Below are positions 10,535 through 21,600 of a DNA stretch of 64,000 nucleotides, piece after piece. Made by a program: the position numbers and the translations under genes. Under the pieces are notes generated by a model. The model searched no databases, was not told where the DNA came from, and saw only the letters and a program-made list of their open reading frames with translations. Source of the stretch: a bacterium (GTDB taxonomy: Bacteria; Bacillota; Negativicutes; Selenomonadales; Selenomonadaceae); assembly GCA_963592185.1 (NCBI GenBank), contig CAVAVT010000004.1, positions 15 through 64,014 on the forward strand. Direction: 5' to 3'. Positions within the stretch are counted from its first letter, which is position 1, and each line of letters begins with the position of its first letter.

Positions 10535-10570
10535 CAAAAAACCTCCCCCCAAATAATTGAGGGGGAGGTT
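10535..10570 (-). terminator. Rho-independent terminator of rpsA
   Basis: On the minus strand, AACCTCCCCC/GGGGGAGGTT stem followed by a U-run. Confidence 0.75.
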
Positions 10571-10600
10571 TCATCAATCTGCAATATTAAATACTTCAGA

Positions 10601-11740
10601 TTACTCGCTTACCTGATCACCAATAGTCGCGTTCTGAGTATCCTGCTGAGCCATGTAGTTTGCTGTCTCTGCATTCTCTGCGTCCTTAGCAACCTTAGTA
10701 ATGCTGAGGGAGATACGCTTGCGCTTCATATCGATGCGGAGAATCTTAACAGTAACCTCCTGGCCTACCTGAACAGCCTCATCTGCACGCTCAATGCGGC
10801 GTGGAGCAAGCTCGCCCATAGGAATAAGACCATCAAAGCCCGGCTCGATTTCCATGAATGCACCGAAATCAGTGAGCTTAATAATCTTGCCCTGAATGTG
10901 GCTGCCTTCCTGATAACGCTCAGCCTTGTCAAGCCAAGGATCACGCATGGTGTCCTTGATGCTGAGAGAAATGCGCTTAGTCTCAGGATCGAAGCTCTTT
11001 ACGAATACATCAACCTCCTGACCCTCAGAAAGAACGTCAGCTGGCTTGCGAACGCGCTCCCAAGAAAGATCAGAAATGTGGCAAAGTCCATCTACTCCGC
11101 CGATATCGATGAATGCGCCATAATCAACGAGACGCTTAACGGTACCCTTAATAGTGGAACCAACCTCAAGAGTAGTAAATACTTCTTCCTGCTTCTGTGC
11201 ACGCTCTGCTTCCAGGAGCTTGCGGCGAGAAAGAACGAGACGCTGTTTCTTGATGTCCATCTCAATGGGGATTGCTTCGAGAGTCTGGCCTACATATACG
11301 GAAAGATCCTTAATGTAGTGAAGCTCAACCAGGGATGCAGGGATGAATGCACGCACGCCCTGAACGAGAGCTACGAGACCGCCCTTAACAACCTGCTTAA
11401 TTTCAGCCTGTACAGGCTCACCCTTCTCAACAATACCATCAAGCTCTTTCCAAGCAACAAGGCGGTCAGCCTTAACCTTGGAAACAGTTGCACCATTCTC
11501 GCCACCGAGTGCTACAACAAACACTTCAATAACGTCTCCGACACTGACTATATCTCTAGCGGACTCAGGAGCAGGACTCTGAAGCTCATGCTTGGAAATG
11601 GGAATATCGGACTTCAGTCCAGCAATATTTACCATTGCCTCGTTGTCGTTTACAGCAACTACAGTTGCTTCAACGACATCATGCTCCACAATTTCCTCCT
11701 TTGAATATTCGTCTAACAGGCTCTGCATATCTTCTGACAC
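10601..11740 (-). CDS. rpsA: 30S ribosomal protein S1 homolog (four S1 domains), here a separate ORF with a GTG start
   Basis: Repeated S1 OB-fold domains (e.g. 'GTVKRLVDYGAFIDIGGVDGLCHISDLS', 'GKIIKLTDFGAFMEI'). The GTG at 11740 lies 10 nt downstream of AAGGAGG. Confidence 0.85.
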   Translation of the reverse strand: MSEDMQSLLDEYSKEEIVEHDVVEATVVAVNDNEAMVNIAGLKSDIPISKHELQSPAPESARDIVSVGDVIEVFVVALGGENGATVSKVKADRLVAWKELDGIVEKGEPVQAEIKQVVKGGLVALVQGVRAFIPASLVELHYIKDLSVYVGQTLEAIPIEMDIKKQRLVLSRRKLLEAERAQKQEEVFTTLEVGSTIKGTVKRLVDYGAFIDIGGVDGLCHISDLSWERVRKPADVLSEGQEVDVFVKSFDPETKRISLSIKDTMRDPWLDKAERYQEGSHIQGKIIKLTDFGAFMEIEPGFDGLIPMGELAPRRIERADEAVQVGQEVTVKILRIDMKRKRISLSITKVAKDAENAETANYMAQQDTQNATIGDQVSE

Positions 11741-12552
11741 TTTTCATATACCTCCTTGATAATCCAGTCCGGAGTAGATGCTCCAGCTGTAATACCAATT
11801 TTTCCTATTTTTTCAAACCACTCAGGCTGCAGCTCTGCCGCAGTCTCAATATGGTAAGTCAGGCACTTTTCAGCACATATCTGTGCAAGGCGGGTAGTAT
11901 TTGCACTATTCTTTCCGCCGATAACCAGCATTAGATCCACATCCTCTGCCAGCTTCATTGCTGCTTGCTGTCTCTGGTCAGTGGCGGTGCATATAGTTCT
12001 TAGAATCTTTATGTCACCGGACTTATCTAGCAGCTGCATTACGATATTTTGAAACTCCATGCGGTTGAATGTGGTCTGGGCAACTATACCCATCCTGGCA
12101 CAAGGCTTCAGCCCTGCAGCATCTTCAACAGTATCAACCACCTGGGCATTGGTTCCTGCCCATTCCAGGATACTTTTTACCTCTGGATGTTCCTTTTCTC
12201 CGACTATTACAACCGAATAGCCTTCTTCTGCAAGGCCATGGGCCGCCATCTGTGCCTTCCGCACATGTGGGCATGTCGCATCCACCAAATCCAGACCTCT
12301 CTGCCTGATTTTGTCATACACAGAAGGTCCTACGCCATGGGAACGAACTATCAGTGTCCCCTGCTCCATGGAATCCACACTATCCACTGTTCCAACACCT
12401 TCGTCCGAAAGTCTTTGAACCATCTGCGGATTGTGAATTATGGGTCCTAGCGTATTGGTTTCATGTTCATTTGATGCGCTGTCCCTGGCAAGCTGTATAG
12501 CCCTCTTAACTCCATAGCAGAAGCCAAGATAATCAGCTAATTTTATTTCCAT
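11713..12552 (-). CDS. ispH: 4-hydroxy-3-methylbut-2-enyl diphosphate reductase IspH
   Basis: Three cluster cysteines in 'GFCYGV', 'TCPHV' and 'TICTAT'. 279 aa. The 3' end overlaps the rpsA start by 28 nt in another frame. Confidence 0.9.
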   Translation of the reverse strand: MEIKLADYLGFCYGVKRAIQLARDSASNEHETNTLGPIIHNPQMVQRLSDEGVGTVDSVDSMEQGTLIVRSHGVGPSVYDKIRQRGLDLVDATCPHVRKAQMAAHGLAEEGYSVVIVGEKEHPEVKSILEWAGTNAQVVDTVEDAAGLKPCARMGIVAQTTFNRMEFQNIVMQLLDKSGDIKILRTICTATDQRQQAAMKLAEDVDLMLVIGGKNSANTTRLAQICAEKCLTYHIETAAELQPEWFEKIGKIGITAGASTPDWIIKEVYEKCQKICRAC

Positions 12553-12673
12553 AGTTTCCCTGCCTTATCGCAATCTTTTTATAGTATATATCATTTTAGC
12601 CCTTTTGTGCAAGATTATTTTAGGTCTTTTATGCATAAACATACTATATATTTCCTAATTTAGGACTTGCTGT

Positions 12674-13270
12674 TTATGAATGACTTTCCTTCATTCTGCC
12701 GATTTCAGTCATAATCTCACTGGTAAATTTCTCCAATGCACCTCTGTCGCCTTTTTCGCCCTGGAAATACATTGGCTTTCCGTAGATGACCTTAAGCTTT
12801 GGCAAGAAGCCTCCATTGGCAAAAATTTTATCTGTGCCAATAATTGCCGCAGGAAGTACCGGTGCTCCGGACATAGCTGCCAAAAGTGCCACACCTGACT
12901 CAGCTTTGCGAAGCTTTCCGTTGCGGCTTCTAGTTCCCTCTGGAAATACTCCAAGTACCCTTTCCTGCTTTAGAACCTGAATTGCCGCCTTGATTGCCCC
13001 CCTGTCAGCCGCCCCTCTCTTTACTGGAAAGGCATGACATGCGGTGATTATATTTTTAAATATCGGCACCTCAAAAAGTTCTTTTTTTGCCATGTAGCTT
13101 ACAGGCCTTGGCAAGAATGTAGCCACCAGCGGAGGATCCATATTGCTCATATGGTTTGCCGCAAGTATAACCCGTCCTTCTTTGGGAAGGTTTTCTGTAC
13201 CTCTGACCTCTACCCTGAAAACAATCTTAAACAAGATTGTAAAAATTATTCGTAATAACTCATAAAGCAT
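12674..13270 (-). CDS. plsC: 1-acyl-sn-glycerol-3-phosphate acyltransferase PlsC
   Basis: HxxxxD motif 'NHMSNMD' and 'FPEGTRS'. The ATG at 13270 (AGGTGA RBS) is preferred over the TTG at 13291. Confidence 0.85.
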   Translation of the reverse strand: MLYELLRIIFTILFKIVFRVEVRGTENLPKEGRVILAANHMSNMDPPLVATFLPRPVSYMAKKELFEVPIFKNIITACHAFPVKRGAADRGAIKAAIQVLKQERVLGVFPEGTRSRNGKLRKAESGVALLAAMSGAPVLPAAIIGTDKIFANGGFLPKLKVIYGKPMYFQGEKGDRGALEKFTSEIMTEIGRMKESHS

Positions 13271-13274
13271 TGTA

Positions 13275-13940
13275 TCACCTGCACATATCAAGTATTGCCT
13301 TTACAACCTCATCAATGGACATTCCCGTTGTATCCAGAAGTACCGCATCCTCAGCCTGAACCAGCGGAGAAATTTCCCTTTCGCTGTCAGCCTTGTCACG
13401 GGCAGCAATATCCTTTTTCAGCTCCTCTAAATCCACCTGGAATCCCTTTTTCTTCATTTCGAGGAATCTGCGGTCGGCACGTTCTTCAATAGAGGCTGTA
13501 AGGAATATTTTTACATCCGCCCCAGGAAGTACATTGGTGGCAATATCTCTGCCATCCATAACCACGCCGCCTTCCCCTGCCATAATGCGCTGAAGGCTCA
13601 CCATTTTTTCACGGACAGGACCAAGACGTGCAACCTGAGAAACAATCGCTGTCACCTCTGGTGTACGAATCTCACCTGTGATTTCCACATCATCAGCATA
13701 CACATGGGTAATTCCGTCACTATATTTAAGCTTTACATCTATACCTTTTACGACCTCACAAATCAGCTCATCAGTGACTTCTTTATTCTGCTGCAGAGTT
13801 TTCCATGCACATGCTCGGTACATTGCACCGGTATCAATATAGGTGTAGCCAAGCTCTTTTGCTGCAATCTGTGCCACTGTGCTTTTTCCAGCTCCTGCCG
13901 GACCGTCTATAGCTACAACAAGTTTTTTGTCAGCTGTCAT
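13275..13940 (-). CDS. cmk: Cytidylate kinase
   Basis: P-loop 'GPAGAGKST', 221 aa, typical Cmk sequence. Confidence 0.95.
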   Translation of the reverse strand: MTADKKLVVAIDGPAGAGKSTVAQIAAKELGYTYIDTGAMYRACAWKTLQQNKEVTDELICEVVKGIDVKLKYSDGITHVYADDVEITGEIRTPEVTAIVSQVARLGPVREKMVSLQRIMAGEGGVVMDGRDIATNVLPGADVKIFLTASIEERADRRFLEMKKKGFQVDLEELKKDIAARDKADSEREISPLVQAEDAVLLDTTGMSIDEVVKAILDMCR

Positions 13941-13968
13941 TATTCTTCCTCCTGCTATTAAACAGCAA

Positions 13969-15321
13969 TTAAACGTAACGTCTTACAATGTCGAAAAAAT
14001 CCGGATAGGAAATTCTCACGCAGTCGCCGGATTTAATCTGTACTCCTGCGCCAGCCATTCCAGCCACAGCCAGAGACATTGCCATTCGGTGGTCATCACG
14101 GGAGTCACATTCAGCCCATCTTAGTGATTTTCCGCCGGTAATGATAAGTCCGTCCTCGGTATCTTCTATATTCGCCCCAAGTTTTCTGAACTCATCAGTA
14201 ACAGCCTGCAGCCTGTCGGTTTCCTTTACACGGAGTTCTCCGGCTCCTGTGATAACGGTCTTTCCCTCCGCAAACATTGCTGCAACAGCGATTGCCGGAA
14301 TCTCATCTATAAGTCTTGGTATTATATCTGCCCCAAAAGCTGTACCCTGCAGCCTTGCACTTCTTACCTGCATGTCAGCCACAGACTCGCCGCCGCTCTT
14401 ACGCTTGTTAAAAATGGTTATATCCGCCCCCATTGCGTTGAGGACATCAATGATGCCTGTTCTGGTGGTATTTATTCCAACATTCTTCAGAATAAGGTCG
14501 CTTCCTGGGATTATAGAGGCTGCCACCATCCAAAATGCTGCGGAAGATATATCTCCGGGAACAATTATTTCCTCAGGCGCTGTAAGTTTTTCCGCCTTGG
14601 AAACGCTGACTGATGTGCCATTGATTTCTGGCTCCACTCCAAAGGTCTTCAGCATAAGCTCAGTGTGGTTTCTTGAGGTATATGGCTCATTGACTGTGGT
14701 TTTTCCATCTGCAAAAAGACCAGCCAGAAGAATTGCGGATTTTACCTGTGCACTTGCTACTGGAGAATCATAGGTTATCGCCTTTAAAAGCTTTGGTTTC
14801 CCAGCTTTATCCACTGTAGGAACAGCGGTTATTGGAAGTCTGGTATTTTCCTTTCTCCCCAAAAATTTTGCTCCCATCATGCTGAGAGGCTTGATAACAC
14901 GGCCCATGGGACGTCTGGAGAGAGAAGCATCTCCAGTGAAGGTAGCAAAAAATGACTGAGGAGCAAGAATGCCCATAAGCAGTCTCAAAGTAGTTCCGGA
15001 ATTTCCTGCATCCAGCACGGTTTCCGGCTCCTTTAATCCATTGATGCCATTTCCCTGCACTATCAGCTCAGTGTCGCTGATACGCTGTACTTGAACTCCC
15101 ATCGCTTCCATGCAGGAAACTGTAGAGAGACAGTCTGCGGAAGGAAGAAAATTCTTTATGTGTACAGGTGTCTCTGCAAGCCCAGAAAACATGACACTTC
15201 TATGGGATACAGACTTGTCTCCAGGTATTTCTATTTCTCCGTGAAGACCATTTTTTACTGAATTAATTACATATGTGTTGTATGATTCCTTGCTGGGTTC
15301 CACACTAATACCCTCTTTCAT
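13969..15321 (-). CDS. aroA: 3-phosphoshikimate 1-carboxyvinyltransferase (EPSP synthase)
   Basis: 'PGDKSVSHRS' and 'DAGNSGTTLRLL' motifs. 450 aa. Confidence 0.95.
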   Translation of the reverse strand: MKEGISVEPSKESYNTYVINSVKNGLHGEIEIPGDKSVSHRSVMFSGLAETPVHIKNFLPSADCLSTVSCMEAMGVQVQRISDTELIVQGNGINGLKEPETVLDAGNSGTTLRLLMGILAPQSFFATFTGDASLSRRPMGRVIKPLSMMGAKFLGRKENTRLPITAVPTVDKAGKPKLLKAITYDSPVASAQVKSAILLAGLFADGKTTVNEPYTSRNHTELMLKTFGVEPEINGTSVSVSKAEKLTAPEEIIVPGDISSAAFWMVAASIIPGSDLILKNVGINTTRTGIIDVLNAMGADITIFNKRKSGGESVADMQVRSARLQGTAFGADIIPRLIDEIPAIAVAAMFAEGKTVITGAGELRVKETDRLQAVTDEFRKLGANIEDTEDGLIITGGKSLRWAECDSRDDHRMAMSLAVAGMAGAGVQIKSGDCVRISYPDFFDIVRRYV

Positions 15322-15336
15322 ATATTTATTCAGGTG

Positions 15337-16581
15337 TTATTCCTTCCAGACACTCCAGCATCCAGCTGCAGCTCCCATGGAAAAAGCCGCCTGCAGGTTA
15401 TATCCTCCGGTGTAGCCATCCACATCAGCTACCTCTCCAGCAAAATAAAGCCCTGAAACAAGCTTTGACTCCATAGTTTTGGGATTGATTTCTTTGACAG
15501 ATACACCGCCAGCTGTGACAATGGCTTCTGCTATGGGACGTGTGCCAGTGATGGTCAGTGACAGCCCCTTTATTGTTTCCACAAGCCTTTTTCGTTCATC
15601 CTTTGTTATCTGGTTAATCGGTTTTTCCGGCTCCAGATACGCCAAATCCATAACCGGTTCTATAAGCTTTGAAGGCAATAGTTCGTTCAGGGAGTTTTTC
15701 AGCTGTTTCCTCTGAAATTTTACAAAATCCCTTTGAATACGTTCATCTAGCTTTTCATGAGACAAGGCTGGCTTTAAATCTATTTTAAGCTCCAAAGAAT
15801 GTCCTTCATCTAAAAGCTCCGATGCCCTGCGGCTAAGTGACAGAATAATAGGGCCTGACACACCAAAATGTGTAAAAAGCATCTCGCCAAAATCATGGTC
15901 CGCCAGCTTTCCATCCGAGTAAAGAGATGCCTCCACATTTCTAAGAGAAAGTCCCTGTGCCTCTTTGCACCAGTCCTCCTCAGCTTCCAGAGGAATAAGT
16001 GAAGGACGTATTGGTACAATAGTATGCCCCAATGCCTCTGCCATTGCATATCCATCCCCTGTGGAGCCGGTTCCTGGGTATGAGGCGCCTCCAACAGCTA
16101 GGATTACAGCCTTAGCCTTTAGAACTCCCCCTGCAGCAAGTCTAACACCTGCCACCTTGCCATCCTCTGTAAGAATATCCTTTACAGCTGTTTCTGTACG
16201 GATTTCCACTCCCAGCTCATGAAGCCTTGAAACCATGGCCTGCACAGCATCTTCCGCCTTGTCGCTTTCAGGAAAAACTCTCTGACCTCTCTCTACCTTG
16301 GTGGGAACACCTTGGTCGTTGAAAAAACTTATTACATCCCCATTGTCAAAGGCTCTTATGCAGCTGTTCAAAAATCGCCCATTGCCAGTTATATTTTTAA
16401 TAATCTCCGGTACATCCGCCGCATTTGTAATATTACAGCGACCCTTTCCCGTAATCCGCATTTTCCTGCCGGGCTTTTTCATCTTCTCCAAAAGCTGTAC
16501 TTTTCCGCCCTGCTCCGCAGCCTTAATGGCAGCCATCATCCCTGCAGGACCAGCCCCTACAACAATAATATCTTCTGTCAT
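15337..16581 (-). CDS. NAD(P)/FAD-dependent oxidoreductase, HI0933/BaiN-like flavoprotein
   Basis: 'VVGAGPAGMMAA' dinucleotide-binding motif. C-terminal 'GGYNLQAAFSMG' is typical of the TIGR00275-like family. Confidence 0.8.
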   Translation of the reverse strand: MTEDIIVVGAGPAGMMAAIKAAEQGGKVQLLEKMKKPGRKMRITGKGRCNITNAADVPEIIKNITGNGRFLNSCIRAFDNGDVISFFNDQGVPTKVERGQRVFPESDKAEDAVQAMVSRLHELGVEIRTETAVKDILTEDGKVAGVRLAAGGVLKAKAVILAVGGASYPGTGSTGDGYAMAEALGHTIVPIRPSLIPLEAEEDWCKEAQGLSLRNVEASLYSDGKLADHDFGEMLFTHFGVSGPIILSLSRRASELLDEGHSLELKIDLKPALSHEKLDERIQRDFVKFQRKQLKNSLNELLPSKLIEPVMDLAYLEPEKPINQITKDERKRLVETIKGLSLTITGTRPIAEAIVTAGGVSVKEINPKTMESKLVSGLYFAGEVADVDGYTGGYNLQAAFSMGAAAGCWSVWKE

Positions 16582-17318
16582 TTCTGCTGCTCCTTCTGCC
16601 CTGAAAGTTCACGGAGATGTGCAATCTCTATATCCGTCAAAGGTCTGTACTGTCCACGCTTAACTCCGGACAGATTCAATCCGGCAAATTCTATCCGCTT
16701 CAATGCTACCACATCAAAACCTATGGCTGCAAACATGCGTCTCACCTGACGGTTTCTTCCCTCATGAATTGTAATTTCCACCCTTGCGCCTCCCAGGGCA
16801 GGATTTCTATCAATGAGCACAGCCTTTGCCGGTGCTGTAGGTCCGTCATCCAGCTGTATTCCTTTTCTTAGCTTCTCCAAATCAGATTCTGTGGGAATTG
16901 AGGAAAGCCTTGCTATGTAGGTCTTTTCAACCTCGTACTTAGGATGAAGCAGACCGTTCATAAGGTCTCCATCATTGGTTATGAGCAGCAGCCCCTCTGT
17001 ATTGTTATCCAGTCTTCCTATTGGATAGACTCTCTCCTTCACATCCGGCAGAAGGTCCAGAACAGTTCTCCTCCCTCGCTCGTCCATTGCTGTAGAGATA
17101 AATCCCTTTGGCTTATTCAAAAGAAAATATACATGCCTTTCTTGGGCTGTAATCCTCACTCCGTCCACTTCAATAATGTCTGAGTCTGGGTCTGCCTTTG
17201 TGCCAGCCTGAGTTACTACAGTTCCGTTTACAGTAACACGGCCTTCCTCTATTAATTTTTCAGAGGCCCTTCGGGACGCTATCCCGGCCTTACTTAAAAT
17301 TTTCTGCAAGCGCTCCAA
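16578..17318 (-). CDS. rluB: Pseudouridine synthase, RluB/RsuA family (S4 domain plus catalytic domain)
   Basis: S4 domain 'RLQKILSKAGIASRR'. Catalytic 'PIGRLDNNTEGLLL'. Confidence 0.85.
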   Translation of the reverse strand: MERLQKILSKAGIASRRASEKLIEEGRVTVNGTVVTQAGTKADPDSDIIEVDGVRITAQERHVYFLLNKPKGFISTAMDERGRRTVLDLLPDVKERVYPIGRLDNNTEGLLLITNDGDLMNGLLHPKYEVEKTYIARLSSIPTESDLEKLRKGIQLDDGPTAPAKAVLIDRNPALGGARVEITIHEGRNRQVRRMFAAIGFDVVALKRIEFAGLNLSGVKRGQYRPLTDIEIAHLRELSGQKEQQK

Positions 17319-17331
17319 AACATTACCTCCG

Positions 17332-18573
17332 CTAAATATTGTACAGTGGTTTTAATAAGCAGGATACCTTGTCTGCTATAAGGCAGAAAAAGGACTTTTT
17401 CTCGATGGATTCTGCTGCCACAAGAGGAACCGTTCCAATATCTTTGCCCTCATAGCTTATAAACAAATCTCCGATATGGTCTCCTTTGTTTATAGCCGCC
17501 TCTATCCGGTCAGGTGCTTCCACTCTAGTTTTTATTTTATCATCAATATCCGAATTGTCATCCTTGTCTATTGGGATATAAAAATCCTCTGCTGCCTTTA
17601 GCTGAACCTGTTTTTTTCTGCCAGAGGAAACATACACTGTCTTTACATCCTCATTTTCCTTTACCAGACGATGTTTTTTTATGTGCTCAAAGCCGTAATC
17701 CAGCATGGCGATGGAATCATTCCACATATAAAGACTGTCCAGCACAACAGCAATAAGCTGCACACCATCCCGTTTTGCTGCGGAAACAAGACATCTACCT
17801 GCAGCATCCGTATATCCGGTCTTTACGCCGTTTCCGCCCTCATAAAGCCAAAGCATCCGGTTTTCATTCCCAAGGACCCTGTCGTAATCATTATCCGCCC
17901 AGGGTATCTGCTTTTCCTTGGTGCTTACAATCTGCTCAAACATTGGATTTGAATTATATCCATAAGCGGCTATGAGCGCCATGTCATAAGCTGTGGTGTA
18001 ATGTTTCTCATCCGGAAGTCCGCTAGAATTCACAAAAAATGTATCCTTTGCACCAATGGAATGTGCCTTTTCAGTCATCATCTGCGCAAAGGCCGGCACA
18101 CTGCCAGCGATATGCTCGGCAACAGCTACTGTAGCATCGTTTCCGGACACCAGCATCATGCCATACAAGAGGTCAAGCATCCTGCGTTTTTCCCCAGTCT
18201 CCAACCATATTGTGGAGCCCTCTGTCTTTGATGCATCCTCGCTGGCTGTCACTTCATCATTAAGATTGCCATTTTCCAGCGCAACAATCAATGTCATTAT
18301 TTTTGTGGTACTTGCTGGGTACTTAATATCCCTCATATTTCTTGAATAAATAACTTTGCCTGTTTTTGCCTCCATAACCACAGCAGACTTGGCTGTAACA
18401 TTTGGAAGAACATCTCCCGGCGGTGCTGCATATTCCTCAATCTCAGAAATTTCCTGTTCAGCCTCAGCGGCAGCCAAGGGCATTTTTCCTGTACCGTATT
18501 GAAAAAAAACAGCCATTATTACAACCATTAAAATTAATGGCAATACAGATACTTTACGCATTAAATGGGTCAC
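17332..18573 (-). CDS. Serine-type D-Ala-D-Ala carboxypeptidase (PBP5-like)
   Basis: SxxK 'ASTTKIMT', SxN 'VSGNDA' and KTG 'VKTGYT' motifs. Signal or anchor sequence present. Confidence 0.85.
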   Translation of the reverse strand: MTHLMRKVSVLPLILMVVIMAVFFQYGTGKMPLAAAEAEQEISEIEEYAAPPGDVLPNVTAKSAVVMEAKTGKVIYSRNMRDIKYPASTTKIMTLIVALENGNLNDEVTASEDASKTEGSTIWLETGEKRRMLDLLYGMMLVSGNDATVAVAEHIAGSVPAFAQMMTEKAHSIGAKDTFFVNSSGLPDEKHYTTAYDMALIAAYGYNSNPMFEQIVSTKEKQIPWADNDYDRVLGNENRMLWLYEGGNGVKTGYTDAAGRCLVSAAKRDGVQLIAVVLDSLYMWNDSIAMLDYGFEHIKKHRLVKENEDVKTVYVSSGRKKQVQLKAAEDFYIPIDKDDNSDIDDKIKTRVEAPDRIEAAINKGDHIGDLFISYEGKDIGTVPLVAAESIEKKSFFCLIADKVSCLLKPLYNI

Positions 18574-18600
18574 CTCAAAATATATTAACCAAAAAATTTG

Positions 18601-21600
18601 TCAAAGCTGCCTTACTGTGCCCTTTCCCAAAAGATTTTCAAGGGCTGCAACAGCCTCATCACAGCCGTCAATCCAGTATTCTGGCTGGGTCTTTACAAGC
18701 TGTCTCTTCTCAACCATGTGAAGATATACTGTTCTATCTCCGTGATGGGCATAAAAAATCTTTTTCAGCTCATCATAGTTTTCCTTATTTGCCTTCTCGC
18801 CCCTAATTTCGATATAAACCTCCGGCTGATAGCTTTCCAATGGACATACTTTTTCAGCAATGAGCTTTGCTCCATCGTCTGTGTTATCCACCCGGCCCTC
18901 AATCATCAAGGCTGTGTCAGGCACCAAAGCATTAACATGCTCGTAGAAAACCTTTGGGAAAACAATGACTTCTATGCTGTGGGTAAAATCCTCCAGTACA
19001 GCAAAACACATGGTGTCGCCTTTTTTAGTTGATGTACGTCGGGCGGAAGCCAGAAGACCTCCTATTCGCACACGTTTTCTATCTGGAAGCTTTCCCTCCA
19101 GAAGCTCTGAAATAGGAGTAAAATTCCGTATTATATCCGCATAATCATCCAAGGGATGCCCCGTGATATAGAACCCGGTAATTTCCTTTTCCCACTCCAG
19201 TCTGGTGGCTGTGTCCGCCTCCGGAATATCTGGAAGCACAATATCGTCCGCCGTCCCCATAGTATCCTCGGTGAAAAGTCCTATCTGTCCAGAGGCTGCA
19301 TCCTTCTGCACCAATGCTGCCGCATCCACAGCCTGTGGAAGCACAGCCAAAAGCTGCGTTCTCTTTGCACCTAAGGAATCAAAGGCTCCGCACTTTATAA
19401 GATTCTCCACCACTCTTTTGTTCATGGTGTGCATATCCGCCCTATTGCAAAAATCCGACAGGGATTTAAATGGACCGCCATCCTTCCTGGTCTGTTCCAT
19501 TTTCTCAATGGCTGCTTCTCCCACATTCTTTATTGCTGCAAGTCCGAAGCGGACAGCATCCCCATCCACACTGAAGGAGGCTGAGCTGGCATTGATATCC
19601 GGCGGCAGTATTTTTATTCCCATGCGGCGACATTGCTCGATATACACCGCAACCTTGCCATTTGTATCCATTACGCTGGTAAGCATTGCAGCCATAAACT
19701 CCTGTGGATAATGTGCCTTTAGGTAGGCTGTCTGCCAAGCTACATATGCATATGCAGCACTGTGGGACTTGTTAAAGCCATAATCCGCAAAATGAGTCAG
19801 CAAATCAAAAATTTTATTTGCCAATTCATCATCTATTCCATTTTCCTTTGTCCCCTTAAGGAAATTTTCCTTTTGAGCCATAAGGATTTCATGCTTCTTT
19901 TTTCCCATGGCACGGCGAAGCAAATCCGCCTGTCCCAGGCTGAATCCTGCCAGTACCTGCACAATCTGCATTACCTGCTCCTGATAAAGAACCACTCCAT
20001 ATGTTTCCTTCAGGATTGGCTCCAAAAGCGGATGCATGTAGGTAACAGTCTTTTTCCCATGCAGACCGTCAATAAAGTCAGTTACCATGCCGCTTCCCAA
20101 AGGTCCGGGACGGTACAGTGCAACTGTAGGAATAAGGTCCGTGAACCCCTTAGGTCTTAAATCCTTTACCAGATTGGTCATTCCCTGGGACTCCATTTGG
20201 AAAACAGCCCCTGTACGGCCCTCGCAAAGCATTTTTGAAGTTTCGCTGTCCTCAAGGGGAATTTTGCTTAAATCAATATCTAAGCCGCGGCTCTGCTTGA
20301 TATTTTTCACACAGTCTGAAAGCACAGTAAGTGTTCTAAGGCCCAGGAAGTCCATTTTCAAAAGCCCCAGTTCCTCAACATGGTCCTTGTCATACTGTGT
20401 AACTAATGTTCCATCCGATACCTGTACCGGGAGGTATTCCGTAAGAGGATCCCTTGCAATAACCACTCCGGCAGCATGGGTTGAAGAATGTCTTGGAAGC
20501 CCCTCCACAGCCCGTGCCAAGTCCACAAGACGCTTTACATCCGGACTGCCTTCATAGGCGGTTCTAAATTCCGAGGAACCCTTAAGAGCCTTATCCAGAG
20601 TCATTCCAAGCTCTGAGGGTATCAGCTTTGCCACCCGGTCCACGTCATTATAGGGCATATCCAGAGCACGTCCCACATCACGGATGGCGCCCTTTGCCGC
20701 CATGGTTCCGAAGGTTACTATCTGTGCTACATGGTCCTCACCATAACGGCGCTTTACGTACTCAATAACCTCCCCACGGCGGATATAGCAGAAATCCACG
20801 TCTATATCTGGCATGGTAACACGCTCTGGATTGAGGAAGCGCTCAAAAAGCAGCGCATACTTTAGGGGGTCTATGTCTGTTATCCCTAAAACATACGCCA
20901 CAATACTTCCGGCAGCGGAGCCTCTGCCCGGCCCCACGGCGATTCCAACACTTCTGGAATAATTTATAAAATCCCACACTATAAGGAAGTAGCTGTCAAA
21001 TCCCATTCTGTGAATGATTCCAAGCTCATAGTCCAGACGTTTTCTAATCTCTGGCGTTATTTCCTCATATCGATCAGCAATCTTTTCCTCGCAAAGCTTT
21101 CTGAGATACATTTCATCCGTCATGCCCTCAGGAAGCGGAAAATTCGGAAGATGTCTGCTGTTGAAGTCGAAGGTTACATTACAGCGTTCGGCAATTTTCT
21201 GGGTATTTGCCAATGCCTCTGGATGCTCTGGGAAAAGCTTTGCCATTTCATCAGGAGATTTTACGTAATAATCGTCACTGTTAAAACGCATCCTATCTGA
21301 ATCGTTCATTGTACGGCCCGTCTGAATGCACAAGAGAACCTCATGGAACTCACTGTCTTCACGCTTTAAATAATGGGCATCATTTGTAACAACCAAGCCC
21401 ACATCGTATTTTTCAGCCAATTCAATAAGTCCCTGGGAAGCCTTTTCCTCCTCCGGAAGACCATGCTTCTGAATTTCTATAAAGAAATTTTCCCTGCCAA
21501 AAATATCAATGTATTCCTCTACAGCCAAAGCCGCCCCTTCAGGATTATCTCTGAGGAGCATTTGCGGAACTTCCCCAGCTATACATGCCGAAAGACAGAT

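Noticed and set aside
19704-19712. Perfect DnaA-box matches (TGTGGATAA here, TTATCCACA near 49592) and several 8/9 matches.
   Set aside because: They are isolated, lie inside coding regions and are not clustered near an AT-rich unwinding element. They are consistent with chance and do not indicate an origin.
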